Below are positions 7,755-15,488 of a DNA stretch of 20,000 nucleotides, in pieces. The stretch lies in IMG/VR virus record IMGVR_UViG_3300043781_000019, one strand, 5' to 3'. The notes under the pieces are model-generated. The model was not told where the DNA came from and did not search any database. It saw only the letters and a program-made list of their open reading frames with translations. Made by a program: the position numbers and the translations under genes. The stretch comes from an uncultured virus (IMG/VR IMGVR_UViG_3300043781_000019) (lineage: Duplodnaviria; Heunggongvirae; Uroviricota; Caudoviricetes; Herelleviridae). Each line of letters begins with the position of its first letter. The stretch's first letter is position 1.

Positions 7755-9803
7755 TTAAGCCTTCTTTATATTTGTTTCTAACTGATCTGATTTTAAGTTA
7801 CTACCCATACCTGGAAATGCTAGTCTTATGTAAATGCCAGCACCTGCATAAGAAATCCTACAAGTATCAGTGCTCGTTACTACTAGAGGAACTGTTATGT
7901 CTGACCCAGTATAGCTAATTTTGCTCTTATCAATATCTATTATACCATCTTTATTAGGGGCGACCCCATTTATTAGCACAGCTTTGTCAGATACTACTTT
8001 TTCTTGTATAGTTATATTGCTATCTTTTAGCATTGATACAACTTTTTCATAGCTAGTACTTCCACTATAAATATTTACTATTGAACTGTAATTATTAACT
8101 AATTGATTATACAAGGATAAGGTGCCATCTACCATGTTCTCATAATATTCAGGATCAGCTGGGTTAGGTGACCATGCAGTAGGAACATTACCCACTTCCA
8201 TCTTTGCTTCTTTGTATCCATATGATCCGGATGCGGAAGCACCATGGTTAAATGTGTAAACCGTGTGGCACTTGATATTTGCATATGTGCTGTCTGTTGT
8301 CACTTTGACAATGCTATATCCACTAGTACCAGCCGATATAGTATTGCCTCGTGCCCATACAATTTGACTGCCACTAGAATCTGAACAGTCCAATTTTGCA
8401 CACGCATCAAAAGTGGGATTGTCAATCCAAACTCTGAAGCAATAGTTTGTACCAGCCTGAGGGACTACATTTCCAAAAATATGTTCATTCCAGCCGCTTA
8501 AGCTTGTAGATGCTAGCTGATTACTGGTTCCTGTTAACAAATTCACTGGAACGTCCTTGTATTTGGTTGCAGGCAGCGTTAGATATGCACTATTATTAGT
8601 TGATAGAACTGCTCGTTGCTCAGGTGTTGACCCATATTCAGGATCCGCTGGGTTAGGCGACCAAGAAGAAGCTGTGGTGCCAATCGCTACTTTGGCCTGA
8701 CTCCAAGTGTATTCATCTGTTAGCACTGCTGGCTTAACTGAAAAATTAATTGGCAAGGGCAACTCGGACAATTCTTTTGTCCAGGTGATTGTGAAAGTCT
8801 CCATTCCATTTGAAAATAAGGGAGATACCTGTTTGGTATTAAGACCAACAAAAACATTAGTATTCTTAACCCCATTGACTTTTACTTGAAAAGAAACAGT
8901 ATCGCCTATTTTTAGGCTGCTTGTGTCTAACAATAAATACGGATTGTCTCCCCACGTCTGGGCAGGAACTGTTTGCGGTTCGCCACTACCCTTCAGTAAA
9001 TTAACTGGCACGGCCTTATATGGGCTGTTACTTAAATCCAGTGAGTTCCAATAAGTTACGTTGTGTGTAGGAGACCCCGCTAATACATCCGCGCCATTTA
9101 ATTCACTATTATTAGTTTTAAAATAATCGGTATTTGGAACCAATGTATCTTCTCTGTCTGCAAAGGTAAAAGGTAAAATTCTAGCATAGTTAAAGCCAAA
9201 CATGCGATTAATAGTATCTAAGCGCGTTACTTTAAAGTCTGCCAAGATAAGCCTTTTTACATCTTCACCTAAGTTACCATCAACTGTCACATAAAACTTA
9301 ACTCCAGCAGGTTTAAATGCTTCTATTGCGTCATGTATTGCTTGACTCATAGGCCTATCAATATGAACATCAATAATAGCATACCTGTAATAGTATCCTG
9401 GTAAATGATCCTCACCATTAAGATTACTTTTGTTTAAGTAAAAGATATTTTTCCATGGCTCATAAATACTTATCTGTGCTTTAGTATCATTTAAGTAGTA
9501 CTGAATGCCTTCTATAATTCCCTGAACTGTTGACCTTGGTATTAACAGGTAATATTTAATTCTTTCTCTATAGTCATTATCGTCTTCATTGGGGTAGCGG
9601 CTAACACCAAACCACTTACCATACTCGTCTAAGTAATCTCCCGTTGCTGTTTCAAATATTAGCTGAATCTTTTTGCTTAAAGTATCTCTTTCTGCATCGC
9701 TTAACGAATCAGCAAGGGATTTCAACACTGCATAATTAGCAGTACTATACCGCGAGTCATTATCAGTCTTTAGTAACGGATGCAGATATTTCCAAAAGTC
9801 CAA
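7755..9803 (-). CDS. Baseplate wedge/tail protein with two inserted carbohydrate-binding-like modules
   Basis: TTG start. The N-terminal YLHPLL...TATGDYLDEYGKWFGVSRYPNEDDNDYRERI...KPAGV is typical of the gene after baseplate J. Two VPVNLL...WSPNPADPEY modules lie internally. Confidence 0.8.
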   Translation of the reverse strand: MDFWKYLHPLLKTDNDSRYSTANYAVLKSLADSLSDAERDTLSKKIQLIFETATGDYLDEYGKWFGVSRYPNEDDNDYRERIKYYLLIPRSTVQGIIEGIQYYLNDTKAQISIYEPWKNIFYLNKSNLNGEDHLPGYYYRYAIIDVHIDRPMSQAIHDAIEAFKPAGVKFYVTVDGNLGEDVKRLILADFKVTRLDTINRMFGFNYARILPFTFADREDTLVPNTDYFKTNNSELNGADVLAGSPTHNVTYWNSLDLSNSPYKAVPVNLLKGSGEPQTVPAQTWGDNPYLLLDTSSLKIGDTVSFQVKVNGVKNTNVFVGLNTKQVSPLFSNGMETFTITWTKELSELPLPINFSVKPAVLTDEYTWSQAKVAIGTTASSWSPNPADPEYGSTPEQRAVLSTNNSAYLTLPATKYKDVPVNLLTGTSNQLASTSLSGWNEHIFGNVVPQAGTNYCFRVWIDNPTFDACAKLDCSDSSGSQIVWARGNTISAGTSGYSIVKVTTDSTYANIKCHTVYTFNHGASASGSYGYKEAKMEVGNVPTAWSPNPADPEYYENMVDGTLSLYNQLVNNYSSIVNIYSGSTSYEKVVSMLKDSNITIQEKVVSDKAVLINGVAPNKDGIIDIDKSKISYTGSDITVPLVVTSTDTCRISYAGAGIYIRLAFPGMGSNLKSDQLETNIKKA
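8145..8663. repeat. Pair of 30-bp direct repeats (8145-8174 and 8634-8663) encoding WSPNPADPEY
   Basis: atattcaggatcagctgggttaggtgacca vs atattcaggatccgctgggttaggcgacca: 28/30 identical, 489 bp apart. Confidence 0.9.
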
Positions 9804-10859
9804 TTATCCCACCTCGTTACTAATAATAATTGAAGCTGTACCTGCCCTAATGATTTCATTAGGGGCAACTTCCACGTTACCACTAGGATTTGTAACACTA
9901 ACATCATAAATAAGTGGTGAAAATGCTCTTATGCGAGACTCAAGAGCCGAAATAATAAGATCATCTCCTGCTGAAAAGTTATCTAAGTATGCACCAATGT
10001 AGTTAGACAAACTATCTGTAAAATCGGATGGCACCATTCTGTAATTAGTTACTGTAACTGATACTTCAACATCCAGCAGCTTTTTAGAAACTGGCTGAAC
10101 ATCCCATGGAATAGAAACAGGTCTATAATCTTCCTCAGCTGTAGCTATCTCGTTAATAAGTGCATCTGACAGGTCGCCATTGGCATCATGCGCATAAACT
10201 GTAACATGACCGACAGTCTCATCTATGTAAACACCAGTGACTTCTGGAATAGTTCTCGCAGCATAGTCCATTGCTTTTACTGTCCCCCTGCCCCTAGTAT
10301 CAACAAACTCATTAAAACGTAATCTTTCCTCATCTACTGATTCTTCATCAGTCCCTGTAAGAATGGCATCTGTATTAGTTACCTTATAGATGCCTGTTTG
10401 CATACCTGAGCAAGAATCCAAAACCGCAGCAGGAATGTTTCCAGCTGACCCAACTTGTGTACAATAGGCAGTTACAGTTGCCTTAATTGCTCCTGCTCTA
10501 ACTAAATATGGCTCTTGCAACACATATGTCTGTGAGTACAGATCATTACTAGAATAAAAAGTTGTCCCTCGTGGTATAGTCGTATCCTGTGATAAGGGAC
10601 CATAAAATGTAATATCAATATCACCATAAGCTGGCGTGGCTTCCCTTGGAGAAAAACCAAAGGAGCTTAATACACCATTTTGTATCCCCCACGAAATATT
10701 TTCCTCTTGTAAATAATAGTATTCCTCAAGTTGCATTGCAACAGCTTCATAGATTGACCTAATAACCGAGCCTGGGGTGAAGTCATTAATCAATGTTGTC
10801 CTTGCTGTTGTGTTGTCAATCAAACTTGCTAAAATATCTGATAATCTTTTAATTTGCAT
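9804..10859 (-). CDS. Baseplate J-like protein
   Basis: Motifs DFTPGSVIRSIYEA, TIPRGT, VGSAGNIPA and GTDEESVDEERLRF are typical of the Baseplate_J family; 351 aa. Confidence 0.92.
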   Translation of the reverse strand: MQIKRLSDILASLIDNTTARTTLINDFTPGSVIRSIYEAVAMQLEEYYYLQEENISWGIQNGVLSSFGFSPREATPAYGDIDITFYGPLSQDTTIPRGTTFYSSNDLYSQTYVLQEPYLVRAGAIKATVTAYCTQVGSAGNIPAAVLDSCSGMQTGIYKVTNTDAILTGTDEESVDEERLRFNEFVDTRGRGTVKAMDYAARTIPEVTGVYIDETVGHVTVYAHDANGDLSDALINEIATAEEDYRPVSIPWDVQPVSKKLLDVEVSVTVTNYRMVPSDFTDSLSNYIGAYLDNFSAGDDLIISALESRIRAFSPLIYDVSVTNPSGNVEVAPNEIIRAGTASIIISNEVG

Positions 10860-10870
10860 TGTTTCAACCC

Positions 10871-11575
10871 TTACTGAATGATGAATTTACCTGTGTCGTC
10901 TCTGCCAATAACAAAATCAAGTTGTGCAACTACGGATTCAATTGTAATTGACCAAGAGCTTGAATAGGTTGACCCGTTTAAGGTGCTGGACTGTTTTTCC
11001 GCTTTAGTAATCCTACTGTCACTTAAAATTGCTTTTGATATTTCGTCATCAACTAGCTTAGAATTAGGTATTGTTCCTTGCACAAACAATTCATTAAGAT
11101 TAGAGCCATACTCTGGATGCAAAATTAAAGAACCCTTTGCAGTTAATAAGTGCGCAATAACTATCTGCTTAATATTATTAACACCATACACAGTTGATAA
11201 GTCGCCTTTACCATTACTACCAAGTTGCATGATATTCTCCTGTGTTCCCCTATTTTGGTATACTGGCGGGAAATCAATCATAGATAAATCCTGGCCTAAA
11301 GCTAGTCTTCCTAAAGCATCTCTATCCTGCTGATTGAGCTTCTGTGCTAAGTCTTCTGTCAGCTCTACCTCTACTGGAATAACTAAGGTATCACCAGCAG
11401 TTACAAGATGCTCCATGTTGTTCATTTTTTGATCTACTGTGTCTACAATATATGGGTAGGACAAGCCATTATACTTAGCAATATCTGTCCAAGATGTTGC
11501 ATCGCCCATTTCCTTAGCTGCAATAGACTGCAAGGTTTCTCCATACCTTACTGTATGTCTTATATATCTTGCCAT
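10871..11575 (-). CDS. Baseplate wedge subunit: N-terminal LysM-like domain plus gp25/GPW-like domain
   Basis: HTVRYGETLQSIAAKEMGDATSWTDIAKYNGL (LysM-like) and LLTAKGSLILHPEYGSNL...SDSRI (gp25-like). Confidence 0.88.
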   Translation of the reverse strand: MARYIRHTVRYGETLQSIAAKEMGDATSWTDIAKYNGLSYPYIVDTVDQKMNNMEHLVTAGDTLVIPVEVELTEDLAQKLNQQDRDALGRLALGQDLSMIDFPPVYQNRGTQENIMQLGSNGKGDLSTVYGVNNIKQIVIAHLLTAKGSLILHPEYGSNLNELFVQGTIPNSKLVDDEISKAILSDSRITKAEKQSSTLNGSTYSSSWSITIESVVAQLDFVIGRDDTGKFIIQ

Positions 11576-12091
11576 CTAGACACCTGCCATCTTATGCAAA
11601 CTATCTATGTTGTTCTTAATAACCCCTAATGATACTACCATATCAGAAAACTTCTTTGCTATGTCTAAGTACCTGTCATCACCAGAAAAATAATCGCATA
11701 AATAAACGCAATTATCAATTGTTTTATTAATGTCATTCTCAGTCAAGCTTGCAAGAAGTGTGTTGTCATCCTCATAAGCATATGCATATGAATACATGTC
11801 CATAATTGCTACTTGGCATAGCCTAAATATATCAGGTGTCTCTACATCAATAGCAGAGTGTTGCAGTAGATAAAGCAAAGTTCCACTTGCTGCTCCATTG
11901 CTGTATCCCATGCTTAAGCTTTCCCTAATAGTAGATTTGGCTTTAAGTGCTACCTGAGAGACTTTTAAGTTTGGCGTAAAGTACTTTGATATGTAACTAA
12001 TTGAACTGTCTAACTGATTCTCAATAACTGTACCATCCGCGGATAAAGAAAGACCCTTTAAAAATCTGTATAAATCTGCTGTAAGTCTCAT
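11576..12091 (-). CDS. Conserved virion/baseplate protein
   Basis: The ORF track starts at GTG 12100, but ATG 12091 (MRLTADLYRF) has RBS AGGTGG and follows the upstream stop, so it is preferred. Syntenic with the ~174-aa gene of phage K-like tail clusters. Confidence 0.75.
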   Translation of the reverse strand: MRLTADLYRFLKGLSLSADGTVIENQLDSSISYISKYFTPNLKVSQVALKAKSTIRESLSMGYSNGAASGTLLYLLQHSAIDVETPDIFRLCQVAIMDMYSYAYAYEDDNTLLASLTENDINKTIDNCVYLCDYFSGDDRYLDIAKKFSDMVVSLGVIKNNIDSLHKMAGV

Positions 12092-12092
12092 A

Positions 12093-12698
12093 CTATCCAC
12101 CTATCTGTGCTTCTATGTTACTAACAGCGTTACTTACGTCCGCTGATTGCGTACTTGAGTTTGTAACCAAATGCCCTTTAGGGTTCTGTGTACTTTGTCC
12201 TGAACCTGAACCAACTAATGCATTAATAACAGAACTTCTGTCTGGCTGGTCAGATCCTCTTAAAACAGCCATGCTAATACTATAATTAAACAAAACAGCA
12301 GTATCAACACTTCTAGAATATTCAAATCCGCCTGTTGGTATCGTCACCACATAACTCTGGTCATCAGTATAGTTATAAAAAACCAAATCTTTATCTGGTG
12401 CAAGTCCGTCAATTGTCGCTGACTGGTAGCTAAGTATAAGGGACTTTAAATCTTCCAGACGTTGCTTACCATTTTTACCATTGGCATCAATTTTATAGCC
12501 AGTGTGCCCAGATATAGAAATTATTGGAAAATCGGGGCCATACTGTTCAATGACATTGTCTCCTTGTGTTTTAATGGTTGTAGCTCTCTGCGGTTCTTGA
12601 AATTGATAATTTTGAGGGTTTGGCCATAAATTGACTGTTGTGCCATTATATGAAAAGGCCATTCTCTTTAACTCATTATGCCCATCTTCTTGTGGCAT
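12093..12698 (-). CDS. Tail tube initiator / baseplate hub-like protein
   Basis: MPQEDG...NPQNY...PQRATTIKT...IEQYGPD...SGHTG...FYNYTDD matches the conserved Herelleviridae family. ATG 12698 with RBS GGTGA is preferred over TTG 12710. Confidence 0.75.
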   Translation of the reverse strand: MPQEDGHNELKRMAFSYNGTTVNLWPNPQNYQFQEPQRATTIKTQGDNVIEQYGPDFPIISISGHTGYKIDANGKNGKQRLEDLKSLILSYQSATIDGLAPDKDLVFYNYTDDQSYVVTIPTGGFEYSRSVDTAVLFNYSISMAVLRGSDQPDRSSVINALVGSGSGQSTQNPKGHLVTNSSTQSADVSNAVSNIEAQIGG

Positions 12699-12728
12699 TA
12701 TTTTCACCAACTTTTAACTCTTTAGTTC

Positions 12729-12735
12729 TAATATA
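12729..12735 (-). promoter_or_regulatory. Putative late-promoter core TATATTA upstream of the baseplate operon
   Basis: cTATATTAg on the minus strand; the same 7-mer occurs in two other intergenic regions. Confidence 0.55.
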
Positions 12736-12747
12736 GATTCCTTACTC

Positions 12748-12776
12748 ATTATACCACATAAAAAGGCCTCTATAAA
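12748..12776 (-). promoter_or_regulatory. Putative extended -10 sigmaA promoter
   Basis: TGgTATAAT (12756-12748), with TTTATA (4/6 match to -35) 17 nt upstream of the -10 hexamer. Confidence 0.5.
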
Positions 12777-12785
12777 AGAGACCTT
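12760..12785 (-). terminator. Rho-independent terminator after the endolysin
   Basis: AAGGTCTCT-TTTAT-AGAGGCCTT-TTT: a 9-bp stem with one G-U pair and a U tail, 6 nt after the stop. Confidence 0.8.
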
Positions 12786-12791
12786 AATTTA

Positions 12792-14267
12792 TTATCTAAT
12801 ATACAAACTTTGCCCTGGAATGATAATGCTGTTAATTGACTTGCCATTGTTTGCCGCAAGGGTATACATGCTAATGCCATACTTTCTAGCAATACTCCAG
12901 AAGCTATCCCCTGATCGTACTGTATAGTAAACATGACTTGGAGTGCTTACTGCCGAACCATGAATTTTAAGGACATCACCTGGATGTAGCATTGAGTAAA
13001 TAGTCTTACCATTGTTTGCCGCCAGCGTATACATACTCATACCATTGCTGTTTGCAATGCTCCACCAGCTGTCTCCAGACTTAACAGTATAACTACCATA
13101 GGAAGCAATACTAGAGCTATTCTGGTTACTACCATTAACTGTCAATATGTCTCCTGGGTGCAATACAGAGTAAATTGATTTGCCATTGTTAGAGGCCAAA
13201 GTATACATGCTCATGCCATACTTGTAAGCAATAGCCCACCAACTATCACCTGATTGCACTACATATGTACCTGAGTTTACCCTAGGAACACTAGTAGTTG
13301 TTAACAACTCAATGTTACTACGATTAATCCAACTCATAATACCGCCAAGCAGCACATTGGAACCAGATACTTGTTGAACAGTGTACGTCTTACCCTGAAC
13401 CCAACTAGGCATTGCAACACCGTTTGCCCACTTAGTAGTACTAAAGTTTACCTTAACTTTGTCCCCTACCTTAACTTGACTTAAGGTAGTGTTATTAGCC
13501 TGCTTACCTGCATTAATTGCTGGTGTATTTGTAGCAGGCTTAACATAAGTTTTACCACTATCTGTTGTTGTACTACCATTATAACCAACATCGGTAATAC
13601 CAGTTAAGTCAACGTTACCATCTAGACCGCCTGCGCGGTAAGTAGATGTAAACTGAAAAATACCGACATTGTTAAAACTTGGAAAGTACCCATAATTAGG
13701 AACAGTTGTAACATTGTAATCGGGATACTCTGCAAGCCACAACTGATAACGACTAGCAATTTGTGCCAAATCAATGTGGCTCATCAAGAAACTCTTATAC
13801 CCATAAAGCATGGGTGTATAACCAGCATCACGAATATAGTCAAGTGCCCACATTAGGGTTGCTGTATTTGTAGAACCTGCCTCGTAGTCAAGCGCAACAA
13901 TAGAACCCTTTGGCGTCTGTACCTCTGGTAAGAAATGATCTAAAACTTGTTTAGCCAAGTTAGTATCATTAATATTCTGCCACCAAATGTAAGTATGTGC
14001 TCGTTTACCAGCCGCAATTAAGGATGCAACTTGTGTCCTATATGTAGATTGATCATACACGCCGTACCCGCTATATCCGCCAATTTGAGAGATGCCGAAC
14101 TTGTCGGTCGAATAACCAAATACACCGTTGGTGCCTTGCCAAACTGACCAATCAACACCTTGATCCCCCTTAGCAGCTAAGACTTGATGACTGGATGACC
14201 CTACACCCAGACCAATTGTAGCAACTGCTAAAATGGAAAATAAAATAGACTTTGTTTTTCTATTCAT
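12792..14267 (-). CDS. Endolysin: Sec-type signal peptide, GH25 muramidase, SH3-like domain and 3x LysM
   Basis: N-terminus MNRKTK + hydrophobic core + VLA|AKGDQGVDWS; GH25 motifs IVALDYE and FQFTS...LDGNVD; three Y.V.SGDS.W.IA...G.SMYTLA.NNGK LysM repeats; RBS GAGGTG. Confidence 0.95.
   Translation of the reverse strand: MNRKTKSILFSILAVATIGLGVGSSSHQVLAAKGDQGVDWSVWQGTNGVFGYSTDKFGISQIGGYSGYGVYDQSTYRTQVASLIAAGKRAHTYIWWQNINDTNLAKQVLDHFLPEVQTPKGSIVALDYEAGSTNTATLMWALDYIRDAGYTPMLYGYKSFLMSHIDLAQIASRYQLWLAEYPDYNVTTVPNYGYFPSFNNVGIFQFTSTYRAGGLDGNVDLTGITDVGYNGSTTTDSGKTYVKPATNTPAINAGKQANNTTLSQVKVGDKVKVNFSTTKWANGVAMPSWVQGKTYTVQQVSGSNVLLGGIMSWINRSNIELLTTTSVPRVNSGTYVVQSGDSWWAIAYKYGMSMYTLASNNGKSIYSVLHPGDILTVNGSNQNSSSIASYGSYTVKSGDSWWSIANSNGMSMYTLAANNGKTIYSMLHPGDVLKIHGSAVSTPSHVYYTVRSGDSFWSIARKYGISMYTLAANNGKSINSIIIPGQSLYIR
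12795..13265 (-). repeat. Three LysM-encoding repeats
   Basis: Near-identical peptide blocks at ~13137-13265, ~12961-13090 and ~12795-12929. Confidence 0.9.
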
Positions 14268-14287
14268 CGCTTTTTCACCTCACAGCT

Positions 14288-14294
14288 TAATATA
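14288..14294 (-). promoter_or_regulatory. Putative late-promoter core TATATTA upstream of the endolysin
   Basis: cTATATTAa just upstream of the endolysin RBS. Confidence 0.55.
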
Positions 14295-14332
14295 GCGAAA
14301 ATAGAACCAAAGTCTATCCGAGTTTTATTTAA

Positions 14333-14797
14333 TTATTTTGTACTAGTATCTGTACTTCCACTTGCTTCTGTTGGCATATCTACTTTAGCCACAGGGGCTT
14401 CCACCGCTGTAGCATCTGTCTTACCAACATCATCCCTAGAGGCGTCACTATATGCTTTGTCAAGAGTGCTCTTTAATTCGGCATATGCTCTTTCAACAGC
14501 ATCTTCAACAGCCTTCTGATCAATTTCTGTAAATCCTTTATTCTTTAAAGCGTTAATAACACCTTGAACAGCAATATTCTTTTGAACTGCCCCAGACAAT
14601 TGCTTGTCTAAACCAAGCTTTTGTACAGCTGCTACCACGTCCTTTGCTAGAGGTGCGGTGGCTTCAATTAAGGATACCGCCTGTTTATTTTGAAGTAACC
14701 CTTTAAATACACTAACTGCTGACTGACTAATATATGTAAAAGCCAAACCAATTAAAATTAAAACAATTTGTACTACTGCATCTTGCCATGTGTTCAT
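14333..14797 (-). CDS. Holin, LL-H-like family
   Basis: A single N-terminal hydrophobic helix, a G..K...A...V...L...G.....VEDAVERAY pattern and a low-complexity tail. It lies directly upstream of the endolysin; RBS AGGAG. Confidence 0.85.
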   Translation of the reverse strand: MNTWQDAVVQIVLILIGLAFTYISQSAVSVFKGLLQNKQAVSLIEATAPLAKDVVAAVQKLGLDKQLSGAVQKNIAVQGVINALKNKGFTEIDQKAVEDAVERAYAELKSTLDKAYSDASRDDVGKTDATAVEAPVAKVDMPTEASGSTDTSTK

Positions 14798-14856
14798 GTA
14801 AAAGTTCTCCTATTCATTATCTATTGACTACTATCATTCTAAAACATCAACCCTAT

Positions 14857-14863
14857 TAATATA
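14857..14863 (-). promoter_or_regulatory. Putative late-promoter core TATATTA upstream of the holin
   Basis: gTATATTAa in the intergenic region before the holin. Confidence 0.5.
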
Positions 14864-14873
14864 CCCGCAATAA

Positions 14874-15050
14874 CTAAGGCTGTACTGTAGATGTACCTGT
14901 GCCTGTAGCAGAACTGGTATCTTCTGACACCCCCAATATTTTTTCAACCTGTGGCCTAATAACTGCTGGAACCTCATTAATAGTACGTCCACCATCCAAA
15001 ACATTTGCTGCGTAAAGTGCTGCTAAACTACTCATTTTAAAATTAAGCAT
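14874..15050 (-). CDS. Small CD1375-like protein (58 aa)
   Basis: Below the ORF-track cutoff: MLNFKMSSLAALYAANVLDGGRTINEVPAVIRPQVEKILGVSEDTSSATGTGTSTVQP. RBS AAGGAG; LY...G.RT...VP...V motif. Confidence 0.8.
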   Translation of the reverse strand: MLNFKMSSLAALYAANVLDGGRTINEVPAVIRPQVEKILGVSEDTSSATGTGTSTVQP

Positions 15051-15171
15051 TATTCTTCTCCTTAATAGCTTCTGCTACTTTGTCTTTAACTACATCTGGC
15101 ACTGAATCTAAAGTTCTTTTTCCTTTCCTTACTGCATCTGCATACAACCCAATAAGAAAATCTAAATTCAC
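15043..15171 (-). CDS. Small CD1375-like protein (42 aa)
   Basis: GTG start overlapping the upstream TGA, RBS AGGAGGT: MNLDFLIGLYADAVRKGKRTLDSVPDVVKDKVAEAIKEKNNA. It overlaps the next gene by 8 nt. Confidence 0.8.
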   Translation of the reverse strand: MNLDFLIGLYADAVRKGKRTLDSVPDVVKDKVAEAIKEKNNA

Positions 15172-15488
15172 TTACTACCACCTCCTGAAAGTACTAAGTC
15201 TGATAACTCTAGCAGAGCTGATTGTAATTCATCATTACTCTGCTGCAAAGAAGCTATTTTATCTTCAGGTGACGGCTCAGGTTTAGGTCTGTCAGCGTCT
15301 GGATCATAACCAGCATCAGGAACGACTTGACCGTCAATAATGCTGGCGTGGTTCTCGTAAAGACCATCGGTGCTATCAATTTCAATAATTTGCTGACCAT
15401 CATCTGTTGACCCAACTGGCCGTGAGTCATTCATATAGGCCCAATTAAGCAGCCTATTGTTATTATCTGTCCATACTTTTATTTTCAT
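15168..15488 (-). CDS. Tail-fibre-associated small protein (putative fibre chaperone)
   Basis: TAATG-coupled to the fibre gene. Acidic N-domain, PKPEPSPE linker and a C-terminal coiled coil. From memory it resembles the gene after the host-specificity protein in L. casei temperate phages. Confidence 0.8.
   Translation of the reverse strand: MKIKVWTDNNNRLLNWAYMNDSRPVGSTDDGQQIIEIDSTDGLYENHASIIDGQVVPDAGYDPDADRPKPEPSPEDKIASLQQSNDELQSALLELSDLVLSGGGSK

Noticed and set aside
14298..14320. Weak hairpin (ATAGAC-TTTG-GTTCTAT-TTT) between holin and endolysin
   Set aside because: The stem is short, AT-rich and bulged, too weak to call a terminator.
14824..14860. Plus-strand TTGACT as a possible antisense promoter
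   Set aside because: No -10 hexamer at 16-18 nt spacing.
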